Both the position numbers and the translations under genes were made by a program. Shown here piece after piece: positions 7,153 through 13,153 of a stretch of 14,298 bases of DNA. Position 1 is the first letter of the stretch. Each line of letters begins with the position of its first letter. The notes under the pieces are model-generated. The model ran no database searches and was not told the origin of the DNA. It was given only the letters and a program-made list of their open reading frames with translations. This stretch comes from Cellvibrionaceae bacterium (GTDB lineage Bacteria; Pseudomonadota; Gammaproteobacteria; Pseudomonadales; Cellvibrionaceae), in contig JBNKFP010000046.1 in the NCBI GenBank assembly GCA_050289365.1, forward strand, positions 1-14,298, written 5' to 3'.

Positions 7153-8745
7153 TTATTTTAATTCGGAAAATCGAATGCCATATTTATCCAGCAATTGTTT
7201 GACCCGGTGAGAATCATTTGTAGACGTTTTTTCTAGACGACTGACATTAAACAGCGTTCGCCCTGCGGCGGCCATGGAGGTGGAGGTTTGGCAGACTTTA
7301 ATCAGATTGGCTAGGTTGAGCTGATCGTAGTAGTCGATGGATTTGCAACTGCCTTCGCCCAACACAGATTCAATGAGGGTTCGTGGGTCTTGATCCCTGT
7401 TGTGATTGTGCTGCCATTTATTGAGTAATCTTGTGATTTCTTCTTGAACCACTTCCGCAGTAATGCGACCGCCATCGGCGAGGGTTCCCATGCGGGTAAT
7501 GCTGGCATTTAAATCGCGGAAATTTGCGCTCCAAAGGGCGGCCTCTGATTGACAGAAATTCAAATACAATTTTCTTGCGGCGGAATTGAATCTGACCTGG
7601 TAGCCTGATTTAGTGGAAAAGGCTTCCAATTCAAAATCAATATTGGGTTCCAAATCTTCCTTGCGCTCCTTCAGTGACGGCAATTGATACGTCCATAAAT
7701 CAATTCGAGCGAGAAGATCTTCGCGAAATAAGCCTTGCTTGGCGCGATGGCTGAGATTTTGATTCGTTCCGGCAATCAGTTGAAAATGACTGCTGACTTC
7801 CCGGTCTGAGCCAAAAGGCATAAAGCGTTTGTCTTCAATGGCGCGCAGCATCATTGCCTGTTCATCCAAGCCGAGTTCGCCGATTTCATCTAAAAATAGC
7901 AAGCCTTCATTTGCTTCCATTAATAGGCCGGCACGGTCCGAGGAAGCGCCAGTAAATGCTCCTTTTTTGTGGCCAAACAGTGCCGACATGGCATTATCAC
8001 CACGCAGGGTCGCGCAGTTTACCGCCACCAATTGGCCGGGTAATTTTTTGCGTTGTTTGCGCAGTTCATAAATGCGTTGGGCGAGTTGCGATTTTCCGGC
8101 TCCAGTGGGGCCGGTGAGAAGTATGGGTTCGTTGGAGCGTATGGATACTTGCTCAAGCTGTTCAATCATTTTATTGAATTGCGAATTATTGGTGGCAATT
8201 CCGCCTTTTAAATAGGTGGTACCCTCTTGATGTTCTTTTTTAAAGCGGGAGGCAATCTGGTCGTATTTTGATAAATCGAGATCGATAATTTGATAGTGGC
8301 CAGGTCGGTGATCGTCGCGTGGCGAGGGTGACGTTTGCAGCAAGCGCCCAGGCAAATAACCGGCTTCAGTGAGAAGATACAGACAAATTTGCGCTACGTG
8401 AGTGCCGGTGGTGATGTGAGTTAGGTATTTTTCGCGATTGGGCCGAAAATCGTAGGCGCGTGCGAAATCGAGCAGCCCGCTGTAGACGGTTTCAAAATCC
8501 CAGGGATCGCTAAAATTGATCCGATTGTGGACGACTTTGGTTTCCGGGGAGATGCGCGCGATATCTTCAGTGACCTGATTGGCGAGACCTAGAGAGTGAT
8601 TGTCAAATAACAGTTCCAGCCGATCGATTAACAAATCATCGTGTTGACATATGGAAATCGTTGGACGCCACTTATCCCAGCGCTTATCGCCCTTACCGCG
8701 ACGGTCCATGGTGGTACCGAGTATGCTTATCACGACTGTCTTCAT
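7153..8745 (-). CDS. rtcR: Sigma54-dependent transcriptional activator RtcR (N-terminal CARF-like sensor domain, AAA+ sigma54-interaction domain, C-terminal HTH)
   Basis: The 530-aa product is collinear with E. coli RtcR: WRPT...CQ...IDRLELL, FARxYxFxP..E.YLxHITTGTHVAQIC, Walker A LTGPTGAGKS, the GAFTGA motif (HKKGAFTGA), LFLDEIGELG, FRxDLxARIxLWT, and EPNIDFELE. It is oriented divergently from rtcBA, as in E. coli. Confidence 0.93.
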   Translation of the reverse strand: MKTVVISILGTTMDRRGKGDKRWDKWRPTISICQHDDLLIDRLELLFDNHSLGLANQVTEDIARISPETKVVHNRINFSDPWDFETVYSGLLDFARAYDFRPNREKYLTHITTGTHVAQICLYLLTEAGYLPGRLLQTSPSPRDDHRPGHYQIIDLDLSKYDQIASRFKKEHQEGTTYLKGGIATNNSQFNKMIEQLEQVSIRSNEPILLTGPTGAGKSQLAQRIYELRKQRKKLPGQLVAVNCATLRGDNAMSALFGHKKGAFTGASSDRAGLLMEANEGLLFLDEIGELGLDEQAMMLRAIEDKRFMPFGSDREVSSHFQLIAGTNQNLSHRAKQGLFREDLLARIDLWTYQLPSLKERKEDLEPNIDFELEAFSTKSGYQVRFNSAARKLYLNFCQSEAALWSANFRDLNASITRMGTLADGGRITAEVVQEEITRLLNKWQHNHNRDQDPRTLIESVLGEGSCKSIDYYDQLNLANLIKVCQTSTSMAAAGRTLFNVSRLEKTSTNDSHRVKQLLDKYGIRFSELK

Positions 8746-8793
8746 GCTATCGAATATAATATCTAACTATCAAAAAAGATAGATTATATACAG

Positions 8794-8854
8794 AAATACT
8801 TTTTAAAGATCAGTGTGGTTTTGTGCTGTTGAGAAAAATAAATACTTTAAAAAC
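8794..8854 (+). promoter_or_regulatory. Two direct copies of AAATACTTT(T)TAAA (8794-8808 and 8840-8854) upstream of the sigma54 promoter. They are candidates for an RtcR upstream activating sequence.
   Basis: The repeated motif is read from the sequence. Their position roughly 45-100 bp upstream of the -24 element is typical for bEBP binding sites. No known RtcR consensus was used, so this is inference only. Confidence 0.3.
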
Positions 8855-8890
8855 AATTAGATAAGAATGTTTTTTGAGATTTTTAGAGAC

Positions 8891-8906
8891 TTGGCACCGA
8901 CTTCGC
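8891..8906 (+). promoter_or_regulatory. Sigma54 (RpoN) -24/-12 promoter for rtcBA: TGGCACcgacttCGCt (GG at 8892-8893, GC at 8904-8905)
   Basis: It matches the TGGCAC-N5-TTGCW consensus with correct GG-to-GC spacing; the -12 element is tTCGCt, one mismatch. It sits ~55 bp upstream of the rtcB ATG and next to a sigma54-activator gene (rtcR), as in E. coli rtcBA. Confidence 0.6.
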
Positions 8907-8958
8907 TATAGAGATGTCATCTGAAAAAACAGTAGCAAATCCTTAAGAGGGAAGATGT

Positions 8959-10185
8959 ATGACTCAACAATCATATGAAGTAATGCAAGACGGTGGTGTG
9001 CCAATCAAGTCATGGACTCGGGGTGTCGCGTTTGAAGCGGAAGCGAAACAACAATTGTCAAACATCTCCCGTCTGCCGTTTATTCATAAATGGGTCGCAG
9101 TGATGCCCGATGTACATTTGGGTAAAGGCGCAACCATAGGCAGTGTGGTGCCTACGATAGGGGCGGTTATTCCCGCTGCGGTGGGAGTGGATATTGGCTG
9201 CGGAATGATGGCAGTGCGCACGAGCCTTAAAGGTCGTGAATTACCCGACAATTTATTTGCGGTGCGTTGTGCAATTGAAAGTGCGGTTCCTCATGGCCGT
9301 TCACCACAGGCGCGAGGGAATCGGGGTAAAGGCGCTTGGGGGAATATTCCAGACGATGTGCTGAAAGCTTGGCTGCCTCTGGCTGCACAATTTGACGCTT
9401 TGGTTGAGAAGCATCGGGTTTTAAAAAACACCAACAATCTAAACCATCTGGGAACCTTAGGAACGGGTAATCATTTTATTGAAATGTGTTTGGATGAGCA
9501 CGATAACGTGTGGTTGATGTTGCACAGCGGATCTCGTGGGGTGGGAAACCGTATCGGAACCCATTTTATTGAAATCGCCAAAAAAGATATGGAGCGTTGG
9601 CATATTCATTTGCCCGATAAAGATTTGGCCTATTTACCTGAGGGAACAGACCATTTTGATCAGTATGTAGAGGCGGTTGAGTGGGCCCAGAATTTTGCGC
9701 GAATTAATCGCGAGGTGATGATGGGGCGTGTGATTCAAGCAGTAGGCACAGCTTTGGCGGTGAAATTTGAAACGCGCCTAGAGGCCGTGAATTGCCACCA
9801 CAACTATGTCTCGCGCGAAAACCATTACGGTGAAAATGTTTTGGTGACCCGTAAAGGCGCAGTCCGGGCTCGCAGCGGTGAAATGGGAATTATTCCCGGA
9901 AGTATGGGGGCGCGGTCGTTCATTGTTCGAGGGCTTGGCAATGCGGAAAGCTTTTGCAGTTGCAGTCACGGCGCTGGGCGGGTGATGTCGCGAACAAAAG
10001 CCAAGCAATTGGTCTCAATGGAAGAACATCGCCAGGCAACGGCGGATGTGGAGTGTCGCAAAGATGAAGGCGTTTTGGATGAAACTCCTTCAGCGTACAA
10101 GCCCATCGATAATGTCATGGCAGCGCAAAAGGATTTGGTTGAAGTGGTTTATAGCTTAAAACAAGTTGTTTGTGTGAAGGGCTAA
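8959..10185 (+). CDS. rtcB: RNA-splicing ligase RtcB (3'-phosphate/5'-hydroxyl RNA ligase)
   Basis: The 408-aa product is collinear with E. coli RtcB (408 aa): VAVMPDVHLGKGxTIGSV, AAVGVDIGCGM, HLGTLGTGNHFIE, LHSGSRGxGN, NCHHNY, TRKGAV, IIPGSMGAxSFIVRGLGN, SFCSCSHGAGRVMSRTKAK, and the C-terminus QVVCVKG. SD AGAGGGA lies 6 nt upstream of the ATG. Confidence 0.95.
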   Translation: MTQQSYEVMQDGGVPIKSWTRGVAFEAEAKQQLSNISRLPFIHKWVAVMPDVHLGKGATIGSVVPTIGAVIPAAVGVDIGCGMMAVRTSLKGRELPDNLFAVRCAIESAVPHGRSPQARGNRGKGAWGNIPDDVLKAWLPLAAQFDALVEKHRVLKNTNNLNHLGTLGTGNHFIEMCLDEHDNVWLMLHSGSRGVGNRIGTHFIEIAKKDMERWHIHLPDKDLAYLPEGTDHFDQYVEAVEWAQNFARINREVMMGRVIQAVGTALAVKFETRLEAVNCHHNYVSRENHYGENVLVTRKGAVRARSGEMGIIPGSMGARSFIVRGLGNAESFCSCSHGAGRVMSRTKAKQLVSMEEHRQATADVECRKDEGVLDETPSAYKPIDNVMAAQKDLVEVVYSLKQVVCVKG

Positions 10186-10220
10186 CAAATCGGTGGGAAA
10201 CCGATATTGGGAAGGCATGG

Positions 10221-11288
10221 ATGTCCATAATGAAATGCAAAGTGAACTTTATGGATACTAAAAATACAGTCGTAATTGACGGTTCTCTGGGGGAAGGTGG
10301 AGGCCAGATATTTCGCACCTCATTGACCTTGGCAATGTGCCTTGGCAAGGCGGTGCGCATCGAAAATATTCGCGCGGGACGCAACAAACCGGGTCTGCTG
10401 CGCCAGCATTTAATTTGTCTGCGTGCCGCCAAAACAATATGTGGTGCGCAAGTGGCTGGCGATGAGCTGGGCTCGCAACAGGTTTCCTTTATGCCGCACA
10501 AAGTGAAAACGGGTGATTATCATTTTGCGGTGGGCTCTGCGGGAAGTACCACATTGGTTTTTCAGACCCTATTTTTACCTTTGGCCTTGGCCGATGAGCG
10601 CAGCGTGGTGCGCATTGAAGGTGGAACACACAATGGTATGGCGCCAAGTTTCGATTTTATTGAACAGTGTTTTTTGCCTGTCGTAAAACGCATGGGTTGC
10701 GATGTTGCAGTGGAGCTTCTCGGCTACGGTTTTTATCCAGCGGGTGGTGGTGACTGGAGTGCTCGCATAAACCCTGTGAGCCATTTAAAGCGGTTGCTGC
10801 TGACGGATTCCGGAAATTTAATGGGGCAAACGGCGGTTGCAACTTCCGCTCGTATTCCGGCCCATGTGACGGAACGAGAGTTGGCTTATGTGCAGAAGAA
10901 ATGTGATTGGCAGGGGTCTTCATTGCATCGCCGATTGGTGAAATCAGCCGGACCTGGGAATATATTTTCGTTGCGTTTGGCGTTCGAAAACCTGACCGAC
11001 GTCATTGAGGTGGTGGGTGAGCGGAATATTTCTGCAGAGCGCGTTGCAGAAAGGGCGATCGCACAAATGACTCGCTTGTTAACGGCAAAAGTGGCAGTTG
11101 GCGAATATTTGGCTGATCAATTACTTTTGCCAATGGCCTTGGGAGCGGGCGGCGAGTTTTTAACCGTGAAGCCCAGTCAACATTTTATCTCCAATGTGGA
11201 CGTCATTAAAAAATTTATGGATATCGAAATCAACTATTCCGAACTGGCCGAAGATCGCTGGTTGGTGAAAATAGGACGGTCATTGTGA
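10221..11288 (+). CDS. rtcA: RNA 3'-terminal phosphate cyclase RtcA
   Basis: The product matches E. coli RtcA: IDGSLGEGGGQIFRTSLTLAM, IRAGRNKPGLLRQHL, GSAGSTTLVFQT, GFYPAGGG, VGEYLADQLLLPMAL. The long ORF opens at TTG 10170, which overlaps the rtcB stop. I chose ATG 10221, which is in frame and preceded by GGAAGG at 10210-10215. ATG 10251 (MDTKNTVVIDG...) would align better with the E. coli N-terminus but has no SD. Confidence 0.88.
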   Translation: MSIMKCKVNFMDTKNTVVIDGSLGEGGGQIFRTSLTLAMCLGKAVRIENIRAGRNKPGLLRQHLICLRAAKTICGAQVAGDELGSQQVSFMPHKVKTGDYHFAVGSAGSTTLVFQTLFLPLALADERSVVRIEGGTHNGMAPSFDFIEQCFLPVVKRMGCDVAVELLGYGFYPAGGGDWSARINPVSHLKRLLLTDSGNLMGQTAVATSARIPAHVTERELAYVQKKCDWQGSSLHRRLVKSAGPGNIFSLRLAFENLTDVIEVVGERNISAERVAERAIAQMTRLLTAKVAVGEYLADQLLLPMALGAGGEFLTVKPSQHFISNVDVIKKFMDIEINYSELAEDRWLVKIGRSL

Positions 11289-11460
11289 CATTGGTGTAGG
11301 TCTGCAGATTAGTTGTAATGAATCTTGAGATATGGACACAGCAATATCTCATTAAAGAGTTTGGGAAGCTAGGCGTAAATTAGCGGCTCCGGTTCTGAAT
11401 GCCGGTCCGGCACAAGCATTGCTGATGTGTTGTGTACCAATTAACGCCAGACCTAAACAC

Positions 11461-11534
11461 CACTTTGTAGCTCAGTTGGGTAGAGCAGTCGACTCATAAT
11501 CGATGGGACGCAGGTTCAAATCCTGCCAAAGTAC
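11461..11534 (+). tRNA. tRNA with CAT anticodon (elongator Met, or tRNA-Ile2/lysidine type, whose anticodon arm it resembles). Cloverleaf is canonical except for a C1xA72 mismatch, a C at the discriminator position, and no encoded CCA.
   Basis: Hand folding: acceptor 5' cactttg pairs with 3' caaagta (6 of 7 pairs; 1:72 is CxA). U8 A9. D-arm gctc-agttgggta-gagc (G18 G19 present). Anticodon arm gtcga-ctCATaa-tcgat (U33, A37). 5-nt variable loop. T-arm gcagg-ttcaaat-cctgc. The anticodon arm AGxCGACTCATAATCGxT resembles E. coli tRNA-Ile2. Confidence 0.65.
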
Positions 11535-11537
11535 ACC

Positions 11538-11598
11538 GTCGTCTTTCAAACGACTCTGGTAAGGTCGAGAGACCTGAGGTTCGATTCCTCGCAAGGTT
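11538..11598 (+). pseudogene. 5'-truncated tRNA-like element: anticodon-like stem-loop (gtcgt-ctTTCaa-acgac), a long extra arm (ggtc-gaga-gacc), a canonical T-arm (tgagg-TTCGATT-cctcg) and a 3' acceptor strand (caaggtt). It has no D-arm or 5' acceptor partner.
   Basis: Read and folded by hand. No sequence complementary to the 3' acceptor strand occurs upstream. A long variable arm combined with a UUC anticodon matches no standard isoacceptor, which points to a remnant or a tRNA-mimicking ncRNA. Confidence 0.3.
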
Positions 11599-11902
11599 AA
11601 GGTCCTTGTTAAAAAATTCTAAAGAGGTCCATGGTTCTAGATTTGTATTCTTTCTGCGCGTTTGGTGGTCTAAGGCGAACAGAAAAGGGTACAAAATAGA
11701 ACGCTACTTTTACTGACGCTATTGGTTGAAGACCGTAGATGATGTTGGGTTAAGGGGCGAAGTGAGTTGTTCAATATAAGTGATTTTTAGCATTAACCAA
11801 TCATTTTGAGAGCTCCCCACTCAGTACCCTCTGGCTAAATATCCTGTATGGATCAAGATTTATAGCCCCAGTTTAAGTGGGTGGGCCTCACCTTTTTAAA
11901 AA

Positions 11903-11932
11903 TTGAAATTGCCAAGGGCGATTCAATATATT
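11903..11932 (+). promoter_or_regulatory. Sigma70-type promoter for the SPFH gene: TTGAAA - 18 nt - TATATT
   Basis: Near-consensus -35 and good -10 with an 18-nt spacer. SD AAGGAG (11943-11948) then ATG 11956 (7-nt spacing). Confidence 0.5.
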
Positions 11933-11955
11933 CCTGAATAGTAAGGAGAATGACT

Positions 11956-13113
11956 ATGTTTTTATGGAAAATTATACATGTTGCGGATAGTGAGCGTGTG
12001 TTGCTGTATCGCGATAACCGCTTGCAAAAAGTGCTGCTGCCTGGTCGTCATCGAGTTTCAATGCTAGGCGGAAAAATTCGCCTGGAAACCTATGACATTA
12101 CAGAAGTGATCTTTAACCATGCCAAGGCAAAATTCATGTTGAAATCGCATCCGCAAATGTTAGCGGAACACATTGAATATTTTGAAACCAGCGATACCCA
12201 AGTTGGCTTGTTTTATCGCGATAACAAATTGTTTGATATATTGATGCCCGGATCTTTTGTGGCTGTTTGGAAAGGGATTGAAGACATTCGTATAGATATT
12301 ACCGATATTTCTGAGCAATATACGATTGATGAAAAGCTCATTGGTCTTTTGGGACGCGGCATTAAAGTTGGCAAAATTAAAAATGCTGTTGCGTCGGTAA
12401 GCTACATTGAAGTACCCGATGAGCATGTGGGTCTGTTGTCCGTAAATGGCAAATTAGAGCAGTTGTTGCAGCCAGGGAGTTATGGCTACTGGAAATTCAA
12501 CCGTTCGATTACCATCAAATTGCTGGATATGCGCCTGCAATCTATGGAAGTCAGTGGACAGGAAATCTTGACCAAGGATCGGGTAAGCCTGCGTATCAAT
12601 TTGAGTGCGAGTTACAGAATTACCGATTCGAAAGCGGTTGCGCTCAAACTCAACGACCATGGCAATTTTATCTATCGGGAATTGCAGCTGCGTTTACGTG
12701 AAGCCGTCGGCACACAAACATTGGATGGTTTATTGGAGGATAAAGACAGTTTAAACATGGTCATTGCCCGCGGTATTCGCGATATTTTAGCGGAGTATGG
12801 AATTGAAATGATCAGTGTGGGCGTCAAGGATATTATTCTACCGGGTGACATGAAGGCGATTCTCAATCAGGTTGTTGAGGCTCAGAAAGAGTCTGAAGCC
12901 AATCTGATTAGACGTCGGGAAGAAACTCAGGCGATGAGATCGCTCCATAATACCGCTAAGTTGATGGAAAACAACCCTGTATTACTGCGCTTGAAAGAGT
13001 TGGAAGCATTGGAGCGCATTACCACTCGGATCGACAAGATTTCCGTTTACGGGGGCTTGGACGGTGTGCTGAATGATTTGGTGAAATTGGCACCTAAAAC
13101 TGTCGGTCACTAG
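11956..13113 (+). CDS. SPFH/band-7 (stomatin/prohibitin/flotillin/HflKC) domain protein with no N-terminal transmembrane helix. It carries two extra N-terminal copies of the first SPFH sub-module, so the module occurs three times (repeat cores start near residues 14, 83 and 155).
   Basis: The C-terminal half (QEILTKDRVSLRINLSASYRITD...LREAVGTQTLDGLL...GIEMISVGVKDIILPGDMKAILNQVVEAQKESEANLIRRREETQA) is classic SPFH followed by a coiled coil. Three ~70-aa N-terminal repeats share xDxExVxLxYRDNxLxxxLxPGxxxxxWK..I...DI. I placed the start at ATG 11956 (SD spacing 7), not ATG 11950 (spacing 1). Confidence 0.8.
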   Translation: MFLWKIIHVADSERVLLYRDNRLQKVLLPGRHRVSMLGGKIRLETYDITEVIFNHAKAKFMLKSHPQMLAEHIEYFETSDTQVGLFYRDNKLFDILMPGSFVAVWKGIEDIRIDITDISEQYTIDEKLIGLLGRGIKVGKIKNAVASVSYIEVPDEHVGLLSVNGKLEQLLQPGSYGYWKFNRSITIKLLDMRLQSMEVSGQEILTKDRVSLRINLSASYRITDSKAVALKLNDHGNFIYRELQLRLREAVGTQTLDGLLEDKDSLNMVIARGIRDILAEYGIEMISVGVKDIILPGDMKAILNQVVEAQKESEANLIRRREETQAMRSLHNTAKLMENNPVLLRLKELEALERITTRIDKISVYGGLDGVLNDLVKLAPKTVGH

Positions 13114-13115
13114 TC

Positions 13116-13149
13116 AGTCCCGCCTTTATAAAGAGGCGGGACTTTTTTG
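13116..13149 (+). terminator. Rho-independent terminator after the SPFH gene: 10-bp stem agtcccgcct/aggcgggact, 8-nt loop, then TTTTTT
   Basis: Perfect inverted repeat followed by a T6 tract, starting 3 nt after the TAG stop at 13111-13113. It lies between convergent genes. On the minus strand it has no U tract, so it acts mainly for the plus-strand gene. Confidence 0.75.
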
Positions 13150-13153
13150 TAGC

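Noticed and set aside
7311-8071. ORFs 7311-7508 (-) and 7829-8071 (+) inside rtcR
   Set aside because: They are alternative-frame or antisense shadows of the rtcR CDS.
9778-10923. Minus-strand ORFs 9778-10008, 10115-10501, 10575-10784 and 10657-10923
   Set aside because: They are antisense to rtcB and rtcA, which have near-collinear matches to the E. coli proteins.
11538-11598. The second tRNA-like element as a complete functional tRNA (for example tRNA-Sec, Ser or Leu with a long variable arm)
   Set aside because: There is no D-arm and no 5' acceptor strand complementary to caaggtt. The anticodon-loop reading (UUC) does not fit any class-II tRNA. I kept it as a remnant or ncRNA candidate only.
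11494-11694. 66-aa minus-strand ORF across the tRNA region
   Set aside because: It overlaps a structured tRNA and tRNA-like sequence. It has no RBS and an implausible composition.
12160-12866. Minus-strand ORFs 12160-12426, 12454-12660 and 12672-12866 inside the SPFH gene
   Set aside because: They are antisense to a CDS with a clear SPFH domain and its own promoter, SD and terminator.
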